64,000 bases of DNA from an uncultured Actinomycetes bacterium (GCA_963779685.1 CAVZZG010000001.1:1179458-1243457); one strand, 5' to 3'; shown: positions 9,678 to 19,331, numbered from the stretch's first letter. The notes: a model not told the origin generated them from the sequence alone. A program made the numbers and translations.

Positions 9678-10492
9678 TCTCCCAGCCCTCCCGCTGCTCC
9701 CTTGCCGAGGTACGCCTCGATCACGCGCTCGTTCGTGCGGATGTCCTGGGGCGAGCCCTCGGCGATCTTCTCGCCGTAGTCGAGCACCGTGATCCGCTCG
9801 GAGACGCCCATCACGACCTTCATGTCGTGCTCGATCAGGAGCACCGTGACGCCCTTGTCGTCACGAAGGCGGCGGACGAAGGCCGTGAACTCCAGCGACT
9901 CCTGCGGGTTCATGCCGGCGGTCGGCTCGTCCAGCAGCAGGAGCTGCGGCTTCAGGGCCAGGGCGCGGGCGACCTCGAGGCGGCGCTGGTCGCCGTAGGG
10001 GAGGTTCTGTGCGAACTCGTCGTCCATGCCGGCGACGCCGACGAACTCCAGCAGCTCGCTCGCGGCCTGACGGGCGTCGCGCTCCTCCCGGCGTTGCCCG
10101 GGTGTACCGAAGATGGTCCGCAGCAGACCGCCCTTGAGGTGGGGGTGCATCGCGACCATCACGTTCTCGCTGGCCGTCATCATCCCGAAGAGCCGGATGT
10201 TCTGGAACGTGCGCGCCATCCCCCGCGCGGCGATCTTGTGGGGCGCGAGGCCGGTGATGCTCTTGCCGTCGAACCCGACCCCGCCGGAGGTCGGCTTGTA
10301 CAGGCCGGTGAGGACGTTGAAGAACGTGGTCTTGCCGGCGCCGTTCGGGCCGATCAGGCTCACGATCGAGCCGCGCGGGATGACGAAGTCGACGTCCTTG
10401 ACGGCGATGAGGCCGCCGAACTCGACCCGGATCCGCTCGGCGTCGAGGAGGATGTCGTCGGTGCTCACGCCGGTGCTGACGCCGGTGCTCAC
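9674..10492 (-). CDS. livG: Branched-chain amino acid ABC transporter ATP-binding protein (LivG-type)
   Basis: Walker A GPNGAGKTT, LPYGDQRRLEVARAL signature, LLLLDEPTAGM. Start chosen at GTG 10492, which forms a GTGA overlap with the livM stop (10489-10491). The longer ORF to 10786 has a non-coding-looking N-terminus. Confidence 0.85.
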
Positions 10493-11700
10493 GCCGGTGC
10501 CTCGGCCGAGGGCTCGGTGCCGACCTTCTCGAGCTGGGCCTCGAGCTTGCGCACCTGCTGCTGGCGGGCAGCGGGCAGGATGCCGTCGCGCCGGAAGAGC
10601 ATCATCAGCACCAGGATCGATCCGAGGATCAACGGCTCGTTGCGTGGGATGTCGATGCTGGTGCCGAACCAGCTGTTGAAGGTGGCGCCGATCTGGGCCA
10701 GGCCCGTGTAGTTGAGCCAGCTCAGCAGGACGGCACCCAGCGTGACGCCCCAGACGTTGCCCATGCCGCCGACGATGACCATGCACAGCACCAGGATCGA
10801 GAACTGGAAGTTGAACGAGTCGATGTTGACGGTATTGATGTGGAGCGCGTAGAAGGCGCCGCCGAAGCCGCCCGCTGCCGCGCCGACCGCGTAGGCCCAG
10901 AGCTTGGTGTTCATCAGCGGCACGCCCATCAGGCTGGCCGCGAGCTCGTCCTCACGGACGGCGAGCCAGGCCCGGCCGAGCTTGCCGCCGCGCAGGCGCA
11001 GGCTGATGAGGATGAAGACGATCACGAGCAGGAGGATCACGTAGTAGCGCGTCACGTAGTCGAACGGCCCGATCTTCCCCGGCACGCCGGGTATCCACGC
11101 GAAGGGGCCCATGTCGAGTGCGTCGATCGGCCCGATGCCCTTGGTGCCGTTGGTGAAGTTGTGCCCCCACATGTCGCCGCCCTGGCGGAACAGCTGGGGC
11201 AGGATCTCGCCGAAGCCGAGCGTCACCAGCGCCAGGTAGTCGCTGGACAGCCGCAGCGTCGGTGCGCCGATGATGACGCCGACGATCATGCAGATCGCGA
11301 CGGCGAACCAGACGGCGATCCAGAAGCTGAAATGGAGCCCGGGCATGTTCGGGTTGGCGGCGTCGAAGATGTGCACCTTGGTCTGGTAGAAGAAGTTCGA
11401 CATGAACCAGCCGCTCGAGTACGCGCCGATCAGGAAGAACGCGACGTAGCCGAGGTCGAGCAGGCCTGCATACCCGACGACGACGTTCAGGCCGAGGCTG
11501 AACATGACGTAGACCAGCGACACGATGCAGGTCGACATCGGCAGCCAGTCCTCGCCGATCTGGGGCTGGATGCCCGGCCAGCCGATGAAGTGGATCGGCG
11601 GCAGCAGCACGGCCACGGTCAGGAAGATGATGGGTTGCGCGATCTCCGCGCGCGTGCGGTGGCGGTGGCCGGCCGTGGTGGGATGCGTCGACGCGGCCAC
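10489..11700 (-). CDS. livM: Branched-chain amino acid ABC transporter permease (LivM-type)
   Basis: Polytopic membrane protein with LGLNVVVGYAGLLDLGYVAFF and GGMGNVWG motifs typical of LivM permeases. Confidence 0.85.
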   Translation of the reverse strand: MAASTHPTTAGHRHRTRAEIAQPIIFLTVAVLLPPIHFIGWPGIQPQIGEDWLPMSTCIVSLVYVMFSLGLNVVVGYAGLLDLGYVAFFLIGAYSSGWFMSNFFYQTKVHIFDAANPNMPGLHFSFWIAVWFAVAICMIVGVIIGAPTLRLSSDYLALVTLGFGEILPQLFRQGGDMWGHNFTNGTKGIGPIDALDMGPFAWIPGVPGKIGPFDYVTRYYVILLLVIVFILISLRLRGGKLGRAWLAVREDELAASLMGVPLMNTKLWAYAVGAAAGGFGGAFYALHINTVNIDSFNFQFSILVLCMVIVGGMGNVWGVTLGAVLLSWLNYTGLAQIGATFNSWFGTSIDIPRNEPLILGSILVLMMLFRRDGILPAARQQQVRKLEAQLEKVGTEPSAEAPA

Positions 11701-11701
11701 G

Positions 11702-12742
11702 CTAGACCTTGTCCGTCACGGTCGAGCCCAGGATCCCCGTCGGCCGGAAGACCATGAACGTGATCAGGATGGTGAAGACGACGGTCTGCGAGTAGCCCTG
11801 ACCGAGCCCGTGCGGCGCACCGTCGTTGAGGCCCTGGATCAGCCCGATCAGGAATCCGCCGAGGACCGCGCCGCCGAGGTTGCCGACGCCGCCGAGCACG
11901 GCGGCCGTGAAGGCGATCAGGCCGAACTGAAGTCCCAGGTCGAAGCGCGTCGTGCCGTTGTTCTGGACGTACATGACGCCGGCCGCGCCGGCCATCGCGC
12001 CGCCGAGCAGGAACGTGAAGGCGATCGTTCGGTTGACGTCGATCCCCATCAGACGGGCGGCGGAGGGGTCCTGCGCCGTCGCCCGCATGGCCTTGCCCTG
12101 CCGCGTGTGATTGACCACCCACTGCAGGGCCAGCAGCAGCGGGATCGTGATCAGGACCGTGATGATGTACGACCACTGGATGTCGATCGTGGTGCCGATG
12201 GTCAGGTGCCCGACCCCGATCACGGTCGGGATCGACTTCGGCACGGATCCGTTCCAGAGCAGGCCGATGTCGGCCAGGATGAAGCTGACGCCGACCGCGG
12301 TGATCAGCGGTGCCAGCTTGCCGGCACCGCGTAAGCGTCTGTACGCGAGGCGCTCGATGATCACGTTCACGATCGCGCCCGCGGCCATCGCCGCAGCCAT
12401 CGTGAGCACGAACGCCCCCCACGCCTGGTAGGAGGGGTTGGTGTACCCCAGCCACTCCGTCAGCATGTACGCGCTGAACACCGAGCAGAGCATGAACAGG
12501 TCGCCGTGGGCGAAGTTGATCAGCTCGATGATGCCGTACACCAGCGTGTAGCCGAGCGCCACCAGCGCGTACAGGGCGCCGTTGCAGAGGCCCAGCAGCG
12601 AGACCTCGAGCGTCAGCGCGAAGTCCGAGACGAAGTTCCAGATCAACCAGAGGACGGCGACGACGAGGAGGCCGATGCCGATCAGGTTGGTGATGTTGAT
12701 CGAGCGCCGTTGGAGCGCGGCGTCGTGCGTTGTGCTGGCCAC
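11702..12742 (-). CDS. livH: Branched-chain amino acid ABC transporter permease (LivH-type)
   Basis: LGYTLVYGIIELINFAHGDLFML and GGVGNLGGAVLGG motifs typical of LivH. Ends 1 nt before the livM start. Confidence 0.85.
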   Translation of the reverse strand: MASTTHDAALQRRSINITNLIGIGLLVVAVLWLIWNFVSDFALTLEVSLLGLCNGALYALVALGYTLVYGIIELINFAHGDLFMLCSVFSAYMLTEWLGYTNPSYQAWGAFVLTMAAAMAAGAIVNVIIERLAYRRLRGAGKLAPLITAVGVSFILADIGLLWNGSVPKSIPTVIGVGHLTIGTTIDIQWSYIITVLITIPLLLALQWVVNHTRQGKAMRATAQDPSAARLMGIDVNRTIAFTFLLGGAMAGAAGVMYVQNNGTTRFDLGLQFGLIAFTAAVLGGVGNLGGAVLGGFLIGLIQGLNDGAPHGLGQGYSQTVVFTILITFMVFRPTGILGSTVTDKV

Positions 12743-12774
12743 GGATCCCTGTTCGTCGAGGGGACGGAAGTGGC

Positions 12775-12809
12775 GCGAGGTGGCCTGACGTCGCGTCAGG
12801 CCACCTCGC
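12775..12809 (-). terminator. Intercistronic perfect stem-loop between livK-like and livH (attenuator / mRNA-stabiliser candidate)
   Basis: GCGAGGTGGCCTGACG-tcg-CGTCAGGCCACCTCGC: 16-bp perfect stem, 3-nt loop. Begins 35 nt after the binding-protein stop codon. Confidence 0.5.
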
Positions 12810-12844
12810 GGTCGTTCTTATTCGGTCAGTGCTCCTCAGTCAGT

Positions 12845-14134
12845 TCAGCTGAGGGGCCACGGCTTGAGGAAGACCTCTTTGCCGCCCTGCATGATCTGGA
12901 TCGACATGTCCTTGACGGTCACGTCGCCCGTCTGATCGATCCCGAACGCCTTGCCGATGACCGACTGGTCGGCCGGGATCTGGATGCCGGAGAACGCCTT
13001 CGCGTTCACGTCCTTCCGGGTGCCGTCGGAGGCGGCGATGGCCGCCATGATCAGCTGGGTCGCGGCCGCGCCGTAGATCGAGTAGGCCGAGGCCGGGTCG
13101 TGACCGTAGGTGGTCTTGAAGTCGGCCACGAACTTGGCGCCCGCACCGCCGGCCTTGACCAGCTCGGAGGCCGGAAGACCGGCGAACGAGATGTACATGC
13201 CCTCGGTGACCGGGTCCTTCTCCAGCGCCGGGTAGCCGGTGAAGCCGTCGGGGGTGATCAGCTTCACGGGGCCGTCGGTGTTGTTGCCGAGGACCTTGAC
13301 CTTGTCCTTGATCAGCTGCTGGCCGTTGTTGTCGTTGATGCCGCCGAGGAACATGCAGTCGGCGCCCGACGACTTGATCTTGTTCATCAGGGCCGTGTAG
13401 TTCGGCTGCTTCGCGTCCCAGGCCTCGTTGGCGATGACCGTGATGCCCTGCTTCTGGGCCTCGGTGACGAACGCCTTGGCCACGCCGACGCCGTAGGTCT
13501 GGGCGTCATTCAGGACGTAGCACTTCGTGACGCCCAGGTCCTGCTTGGCGAACTGTGCGTCCGCGGCGCCCTGGAAGTCGTCGGTCGCGATGATGCGGCC
13601 GTAGTTGCGGGTACCGGTCGGGTAGTAGATGTCCGGCTCGCCGGGATCCCAGGCCTTGGTCAGGCCGGGGTTCGTGTTGGCGTGCGAGATCATCAGCATC
13701 GGGCCGTCCGGCGCCTGGTTCAGCACCGGCACCTCGATCTTGGCGCAACCCGAGTTGTAGGTGCCCATGACGGCGACTTCGTTCTTGTTGTCGACGTGCG
13801 CCTTCGCATTGGCCGCGCAGGTCGCGTCGTCCCAGCCGCCCTTGGCAGCCGTCGAGTCGTCGTACGCCTTCATGTCGATCGAGTAGCTGCCGGCCTTGTT
13901 GCCGGCCTGCGTGATGAGCAGCTTGATGGCGTTGTTGGTATCGGCCGATGCGTCCGCCGATGCGCCCTGCAGCGGCAGGTCGGTGCCGATGATCAGCGTC
14001 GCGCCACTACCTGCGCCTCCGCTGGCCGCCGAGCTCGAGCTGCTGCTACTGCTGCTGCTACCGCAGGCTGCGAATACGGCCGCACCGACGACGAGTGCCG
14101 TCGGAGCGATCCACTTCCACCCCGTCTTCTTCAT
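12845..14134 (-). CDS. ABC transporter substrate-binding lipoprotein (LivK/LivJ, periplasmic-binding type I family)
   Basis: Start ATG 14134 gives MKKTGWKWIAPTALVVGAAVFAACGSSSS (signal peptide + lipobox Cys + Ser linker), preceded by AAGGGGA. The body has Leu/Ile/Val-binding-protein-like blocks. The longer ORF start at 14281 is rejected. Confidence 0.8.
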   Translation of the reverse strand: MKKTGWKWIAPTALVVGAAVFAACGSSSSSSSSSSAASGGAGSGATLIIGTDLPLQGASADASADTNNAIKLLITQAGNKAGSYSIDMKAYDDSTAAKGGWDDATCAANAKAHVDNKNEVAVMGTYNSGCAKIEVPVLNQAPDGPMLMISHANTNPGLTKAWDPGEPDIYYPTGTRNYGRIIATDDFQGAADAQFAKQDLGVTKCYVLNDAQTYGVGVAKAFVTEAQKQGITVIANEAWDAKQPNYTALMNKIKSSGADCMFLGGINDNNGQQLIKDKVKVLGNNTDGPVKLITPDGFTGYPALEKDPVTEGMYISFAGLPASELVKAGGAGAKFVADFKTTYGHDPASAYSIYGAAATQLIMAAIAASDGTRKDVNAKAFSGIQIPADQSVIGKAFGIDQTGDVTVKDMSIQIMQGGKEVFLKPWPLS

Positions 14135-14222
14135 TCTGTCCCCTTCTGCCGCGATCCCGCCTCGCGCCCTTGCCGGGCTTCCTCCGCGCCCGAACATGGA
14201 GCACCGCGAGCGGATCCGCGAG

Positions 14223-14250
14223 AGTATAGCCTGGGCGGTTCGGCGCGCAA
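14223..14250 (-). promoter_or_regulatory. Candidate sigma-70-type promoter for the liv operon
   Basis: The minus strand reads TTGCGC-16 nt-TATACT, about 85 nt upstream of the livK-like ATG, in the divergent spacer 14135..14282. Confidence 0.3.
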
Positions 14251-14282
14251 GCGCACAGGCCGCCGCGATGATTTGGCTCACA

Positions 14283-15656
14283 ATGCCGGTTCAAAGCACC
14301 TTCATCACGCGTCTCACGACCGCCATACCGGAGGCTGGAATCCCGGATGAGGTGGCCGATCGGGCCGTGCTCCACCTCCTGGATGGAGTCGGGTGCGGGC
14401 TCGCTGCGCACGGCCTCGGCGAGGGCGCCGAGGCCCGCACGGTCGTCGCCGCGCAGGGGGGCGCGCCGCACGCGGACGTGATCGGTCTGCCCGAGAGGCT
14501 CCCCGCTCCGGCCGCCGCGCTCGCCAACGGCACGATGGTGCACGCGCTCGACTTCGACGACACCCATCCGGTCTCGATCTGCCACATCACGACCGTCGTC
14601 GCACCGGCCGCGTTCGCCATGGCGCAGGCACACGGCCGCTCGGGTGCCGAACTGGTGGCGGCGTACGTCGCGGGCTGCGAGGCCGTGGCCCGGATCGGGG
14701 CGGCCGCCCCGGGCGCCTTCCACCTCCGGGGCTTCCACGCAACCGGCGTGTGCGGCGTGTTCGGGGCCGCGCTGGCCGCTGCGCGCCTGGCCGGGCTCGA
14801 CCCCGGTCGTACGGCGCAGGCCCTGGGCATCGCGGCGAGCTTCGCACCCGGCATCCTCGAGTTCCTCGGCGACGGCTCGACGACCAAGCGACTGCACGCG
14901 GGCGGCGCCGCCCAGGCGGGCGTGCTCGCGGCCCTGCTGGCCGCGGCCGGTGCGACCGGCCCGCCGACCGCCATCGAGGGGCGCTTCGGTGTGTTCCAGA
15001 CGCACCTCGGCATCGACGCCACCGAGGCGCTCGCCGAGGCCGCCGCGGACCTGGGCGAGCGCTGGGAGACCATGGCGATGGCCATCAAGCCGTACCCGGC
15101 GTGCCACTTCATGCACGGTTGCCTGGAGGCGACCGAGTTCCTGATGGCGGAGCACGGCATCACCGCGGCCGACGTGCGCTCGATCCACGTCAGGGTGGCC
15201 GAGCCGGGCGTCGGCCTGATCCTCGAGCCGGCAGCGACCAAGCCGACCCCGAGCACGCCGTACGACGCCAAGTTCAGCCTGCCCTTCTCGATCGCCGCGC
15301 TGCTGACGCGCGGGTCGATCGACGTGACCACCTACACCGAGGCCTCGCTCGGCGACCCGGCGGTCGAGGCCCTGGCACGGCTGGTCACCTACGAGGCCAC
15401 CCCGCTCGGCGAGGTGCCGGACGCGTTCGGCGGCGAGGTCGTGCTCGGGCTCGCGGGGGGCTCGGTTGCCCACTCGGTGCCGATCCCGCGCGGCAGCGCC
15501 GGACGCCGGATGGACGAGGCGGCGGTGACCGCGAAGTTCCTGGCCAACGCGGGTCTCGTGCTCGGGGCGGAAGGCGCAGAGCGGCGGTGCGGTGAGATCC
15601 TGGGGCTCCGCGACCGGCCCGGTGTCGGCGGCCTGCTCACCTCATCCGCCGGCTAG
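14283..15656 (+). CDS. MmgE/PrpD-family protein (2-methylcitrate dehydratase-like)
   Basis: N-terminus ...IPDEVADRAVLHLLDGVGCGLAAH, then ALANGTMVHALDFDDTH and IKPYPACHFMHG blocks characteristic of MmgE/PrpD. Start is ATG 14283 (or 14268). Confidence 0.8.
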   Translation: MPVQSTFITRLTTAIPEAGIPDEVADRAVLHLLDGVGCGLAAHGLGEGAEARTVVAAQGGAPHADVIGLPERLPAPAAALANGTMVHALDFDDTHPVSICHITTVVAPAAFAMAQAHGRSGAELVAAYVAGCEAVARIGAAAPGAFHLRGFHATGVCGVFGAALAAARLAGLDPGRTAQALGIAASFAPGILEFLGDGSTTKRLHAGGAAQAGVLAALLAAAGATGPPTAIEGRFGVFQTHLGIDATEALAEAAADLGERWETMAMAIKPYPACHFMHGCLEATEFLMAEHGITAADVRSIHVRVAEPGVGLILEPAATKPTPSTPYDAKFSLPFSIAALLTRGSIDVTTYTEASLGDPAVEALARLVTYEATPLGEVPDAFGGEVVLGLAGGSVAHSVPIPRGSAGRRMDEAAVTAKFLANAGLVLGAEGAERRCGEILGLRDRPGVGGLLTSSAG

Positions 15657-16004
15657 CTCCTCCCAGGTGGTGGTGCCCCAGGTGAGGGTGAGCCAGTCGG
15701 CGTCGGCGCCCACCGCGGCGCCATGCCAGTGACGTTCGTCCGGCGGCGCGATGACGAGCGTCCCCGGCTCGATCGCGCAGGTGGGCTCGGCCTCGGTGCC
15801 GACCCGGCCACGGCCCGCCACCAGCCACAGGTACTGGCCGCCGGGATGGCTGTGCCAGTTCGTCACGGCGCCGCCGTGGAAGTGGCCAAGCGCGGCGTCG
15901 GGCCGGCCAGGGTCGGTCGACAGGTCGAGCATCTCGAGCTCCACCGGCCCGTTGAACCGGGCGCCGTAGCTCTCGGCGAGGGTTCCTTCGGTGATGATCT
16001 TCAC
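15642..16004 (-). CDS. Cupin-domain protein
   Basis: 120 aa with cupin motifs (GGAVTNWHSHPGGQYLWLVAGRG ... APPDERHWHGA). Confidence 0.7.
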   Translation of the reverse strand: MKIITEGTLAESYGARFNGPVELEMLDLSTDPGRPDAALGHFHGGAVTNWHSHPGGQYLWLVAGRGRVGTEAEPTCAIEPGTLVIAPPDERHWHGAAVGADADWLTLTWGTTTWEELAGG

Positions 16005-16019
16005 GCGGTCACGTCCTTG

Positions 16020-16325
16020 TCAGCCGACGCCGGGGAGGGCCTGTTGCTCGCCGCCGCCGTTCGCGGCGGCCTTGAAATCACGCCAGATCTCGGCGGCCAG
16101 CCGCCGCAGCAGGTCGCTGCGCGGTGGCACGGCGGCGGTTGCGTGACCCCGGATCTCGGCGAGCGCTCGCCGCACGAGCGCCTCGACCTCGGGCGCCGGG
16201 GCGATCTCGAGCACGGAGCGTACGGGCACCTCCTGATCGACCACGCGCCATCCCGCCGAGGCGGCTGCCAGGTCGACGATCAGGGCCGCCGGCCGCTCCG
16301 AGAGCTGGTAGGCCACCAGGGTCAC
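16020..16325 (-). CDS. Hypothetical protein
   Basis: 101-aa ORF with a strong GC3 coding signature, 15 nt upstream of the cupin gene on the same strand. No recognisable motif. Confidence 0.4.
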   Translation of the reverse strand: MTLVAYQLSERPAALIVDLAAASAGWRVVDQEVPVRSVLEIAPAPEVEALVRRALAEIRGHATAAVPPRSDLLRRLAAEIWRDFKAAANGGGEQQALPGVG

Positions 16326-16351
16326 CGGGCGAGTATCGCATCATTCCCCGG

Positions 16352-16888
16352 GTGATCGATGACCTGCTCGTGGTCGCGGCGACGTCGGCCGAGCTGACGT
16401 GGGCCGACGGGGTGGCGGAGACGTTCGTCTGCGGCATCGGGCCGGTCGAGGCGGCCGCCGCCACCGCCACCCGCCTCGCCGTGGGTGCCCCGGCCCGCGT
16501 CGTCCACGTCGGGCTCGCGGGCGGTGCTCCCGTGCTCGGGCTCGTCGTCGGCACCCGTGCCGTGTACCGCGACCTGCGGGCCGCGATCCCCGTCCAGCGC
16601 GAGGTCCTTCCCGACGCGCCGCTGCTGGCGGCCGTGTGCCGCGTGCTGCCCGAGGCGGTCGCATGCGAGATCGCCACCACTGCCTCGGTCGGATCCACCG
16701 ACGGGCCGGTCGAGGCCATGGAGGGGTTCGGCGTGCTGCGCGCCTGCTCCCTCGCCGGCATCCCCGCGGTCGAGGTGCGCGCGATCTCGAACGCCCTCGG
16801 CGAGTCGGACCGCGCGGCCTGGGACATCCCGGGTGCGCTCGGCGTCCTGGCCGACGCGGGCCTTCGCCTGCTGCGTCAGCTCGGGTAG
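16352..16888 (+). CDS. Nucleoside phosphorylase-family hydrolase, futalosine hydrolase (MqnB)-like
   Basis: Start at GTG 16352 gives VIDDLLVVAATSAE. CGIGPVEAAAA and VEAMEGFGVLRAC...VEVRAISN resemble MTA/SAH-nucleosidase / MqnB blocks. The N-terminal part of ORF 16124.. overlaps the opposite-strand gene and looks non-coding. Confidence 0.5.
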   Translation: MIDDLLVVAATSAELTWADGVAETFVCGIGPVEAAAATATRLAVGAPARVVHVGLAGGAPVLGLVVGTRAVYRDLRAAIPVQREVLPDAPLLAAVCRVLPEAVACEIATTASVGSTDGPVEAMEGFGVLRACSLAGIPAVEVRAISNALGESDRAAWDIPGALGVLADAGLRLLRQLG

Positions 16889-17250
16889 CGCGAGGTGGCC
16901 GTCACGGCGATGCCGCCGCGGCGGTTGAAACGCATGGTGACCGAGAGCTCGGCCGGGGCCAGCGCCGCCACCAGGTCGTCGCGGATGCGGCGGGCGGCGT
17001 GCTCGTGGAAGATGCCCGTCTCGCGGTACGTCTCGAGGTAGAGCTTGAGGCTCTTCGTCTCGACCACGCGCGCGCCGGGCCGGTAGCGGATCTCGATCGT
17101 CGCCCAGTCGGGCTGACCGGTGACCGGACAGCGGCAGGTGAACTCGCTGCAGTCGAGGGCGATCTCGAGCGCGGCGTCGTCGACCGGGAAGGTCTCGAGC
17201 ACGCCGTCGGCCGTCGCGTGCGGGTCGCCGAGCTTCGTCAGGTCCGGCAC
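16876..17250 (-). CDS. queF: NADPH-dependent 7-cyano-7-deazaguanine (preQ0) reductase
   Basis: Catalytic CPVTGQPDW and the QueF motif ETKSLKLYLETYR. Start chosen at GTG 17250, 7 nt after the upstream stop and behind GAGGA. The long N-terminus of ORF 16876..17445 is Arg/Ser/Pro-rich out-of-frame shadow. Confidence 0.8.
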   Translation of the reverse strand: MPDLTKLGDPHATADGVLETFPVDDAALEIALDCSEFTCRCPVTGQPDWATIEIRYRPGARVVETKSLKLYLETYRETGIFHEHAARRIRDDLVAALAPAELSVTMRFNRRGGIAVTATSRYPS

Positions 17251-17257
17251 GTGGCCA

Positions 17258-18280
17258 TCATCCTCGATCGGCCAGCGTTGCGATCTTGCCCTTGACGGTG
17301 CCGTAGAGCGTGCCCCACGATGCGACCAGCGAGCCCGGCTCGGCGTCCCTGGCGATCTGGCCCCAGTGCGCCCCGTCGGCCGAGGCGAGCACCGCACCGT
17401 CGCTGGTGAGCGCGAACACGCGGCGGGAGTTCGCGTCGCGCGCAAGGATCGTCACGCCGCGCGCCGAGGTGGCTCCGAAGGTCGCACCGGCGTCCTCCGA
17501 GGCGTACAACTGGCCGCCGACGACCACCCAGAGCCGCTTCGCGCTGGCCGGGTCGGAGATGAAGGCGGCGCCGGTGCCGCCGGCCGGGCGCTGAACGTGC
17601 ACCCAGCTCTGGCCGCCGTTCGTCGTTCGCCAGATGCCCGTGGTCGGGCTGGCGGCGAGCAGGATCTTCGGCGCGGCCGGGATCGAGAAGAACGCGGCGA
17701 TGCCGGACGCCTTCTTCGGAAGCACGAGCGCCTTCCACGACCTGCCGAAATCGACCGACCGTGCGACGACCGAGCCGCTGGCCGCGTAGAGCCACTTGCC
17801 TCCGAACCGGACGACGAGCGAGCGCACCGCTCCGTGGAGGGCCGGCTGCTTCGTGACCCGCCATGTCTTGCCGCCGTCCCCGGAGATCGCGATGTGGCCG
17901 TTCGCGTCGAGCGACGCGACCGCGCGCGCGTGCGAGTCGGAAGGATCGAACACGGGCACCGACCACGCGGCGTTGGCGGTCGACGCCGACGCGCCGCCGG
18001 GGAGGACGTCGACCTCCGCGTAGGTCTTGCCGGCGTCGTGCGTGATCGCGTACTGCGGGCCCGAGAGGTGGATCCAGACGGTGCCGTCCGGCCCGGCGGT
18101 GACCGGGGTGCCCTCCTGCGAGCCGGCCACGAACCGGCCGGTCGCGAGCGCCGCCGCCTGGGGGCGCGTCGACCACCAGATCGCCGCCCAGACGCCGCCG
18201 GCGATCATCAGCAGGCCGAGCAGGAACCAGGGCGCGAGTCGCTGCCGGGTCGAGGTGGTGATCGTTTGGTCGTCGGCCAT
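17258..18280 (-). CDS. Membrane-anchored BNR/Ycf48-like beta-propeller repeat protein
   Basis: N-terminal TM (WFLLGLLMIAGGVWAAIWW), then repeated SxDxGxTW-like motifs (THDAGKTY, SGDGGKTW, SVDFGRSW, TTNGGQSW, SEDAGATF, SADGAHW). Start is ATG 18280 (or 18340). Confidence 0.6.
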   Translation of the reverse strand: MADDQTITTSTRQRLAPWFLLGLLMIAGGVWAAIWWSTRPQAAALATGRFVAGSQEGTPVTAGPDGTVWIHLSGPQYAITHDAGKTYAEVDVLPGGASASTANAAWSVPVFDPSDSHARAVASLDANGHIAISGDGGKTWRVTKQPALHGAVRSLVVRFGGKWLYAASGSVVARSVDFGRSWKALVLPKKASGIAAFFSIPAAPKILLAASPTTGIWRTTNGGQSWVHVQRPAGGTGAAFISDPASAKRLWVVVGGQLYASEDAGATFGATSARGVTILARDANSRRVFALTSDGAVLASADGAHWGQIARDAEPGSLVASWGTLYGTVKGKIATLADRG

Positions 18281-18422
18281 ATGAGTGAGGACTCGCGAGG
18301 GTGGAAGAACTGGCGCAGGTTCGTACGCGCGTTCTCGCATTCTGCATCAGGGATCGCGAGACGAGTGCGATGGGCCTCGGTCGTGCTTGACCTGCTGGTG
18401 GCTTCTTGGAACGATCCAACCC

Positions 18423-19331
18423 ATGCAGATCGCCACGGCCCCGGTCAGTTACGGCGTGTTCGAGATCACGACGGGAGCCGCCGGGCTCCCCGACCCGGAT
18501 GACCTCGCGGCGGCCATGGCGGCCAGCGGCTACGTCGGCACCGAGCTCGGCCCGCCCGGCTACTTCGGCTCCGGCGCCGACGTCCGCTCGCTGCTGTCGC
18601 GCCATGGCCTCGCGCTGGTTGGTTCCTTCCTCCCGCTCGCCTTCTCCCGCGGCGACCTGTTCGAGTCCGATCTGGAGACGTTCTCCGGGGTGCTCGACTC
18701 GCTGGAGGCGGCCGCCGACGGGCCGCTGCCGTTCGTGCTGCTCTCGGACGCGTTCCGCGAGCCGGAGCGCCTGGCCTTCGCCGGGCGGATCGAGCAGCAC
18801 CGCGAGGCGTGGCTGGGCGGTGAGCGGCTGCGGCTGCTGCACGCCAACGTGCAGCGCGCCGCCGAGCGCTGCCGCGACCGTGGCTTCCCGGTGGCGTTCC
18901 ACTACCACGCCGGCACCTACGTCGAGACGCCCCGCGAGATCGCCGCGTTCGTGGCGGCGGTCGACACCGAGCTGCTGCCGCTCTGCTTCGACTCCGGCCA
19001 CAGCGCGTTCGGCGGCGGCGATCCGCTGGCGCTGCTGCGCGAGTACGGCGAGCTCGTCCGCCACGTGCACCTGAAGGACGTCGATCTCGACCTGCTCCGC
19101 GGCATCCACGAGCGCGGCGAGGGCCTCGAGGCGGCGTGGGCCGCTGGTGTCTTCTGCGCCCTCGGCACGGGCGGCGCGAACGTCGCCGGCTGCCTGGAGG
19201 AGCTCATCCGCCAGGGCTACGACGGCTGGCTCGTGGTCGAGCAGGACCGCATCCTCGGCCCGGGCGACTTCCAGGCCGCCGTCGAGGAGGGCGCGAAGAA
19301 CCGCGCGTTCCTTCGCGAGCGCGGGCTCTAG
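18423..19331 (+). CDS. Sugar phosphate isomerase/epimerase (xylose-isomerase-like TIM barrel; IolE-like)
   Basis: Starts MQIATAPVSYGVFE. Blocks HYHAGTYVETP, CFDSGH, HVHLKDV and WLVVEQD are typical of the AP-endonuclease-2 / xylose isomerase-like TIM barrel. Confidence 0.7.
   Translation: MQIATAPVSYGVFEITTGAAGLPDPDDLAAAMAASGYVGTELGPPGYFGSGADVRSLLSRHGLALVGSFLPLAFSRGDLFESDLETFSGVLDSLEAAADGPLPFVLLSDAFREPERLAFAGRIEQHREAWLGGERLRLLHANVQRAAERCRDRGFPVAFHYHAGTYVETPREIAAFVAAVDTELLPLCFDSGHSAFGGGDPLALLREYGELVRHVHLKDVDLDLLRGIHERGEGLEAAWAAGVFCALGTGGANVAGCLEELIRQGYDGWLVVEQDRILGPGDFQAAVEEGAKNRAFLRERGL

Noticed and set aside
12506-14350. 614-aa plus-strand ORF
   Set aside because: It is antisense to the livK-like lipoprotein gene, which has a clear signal peptide/lipobox and binding-protein blocks.
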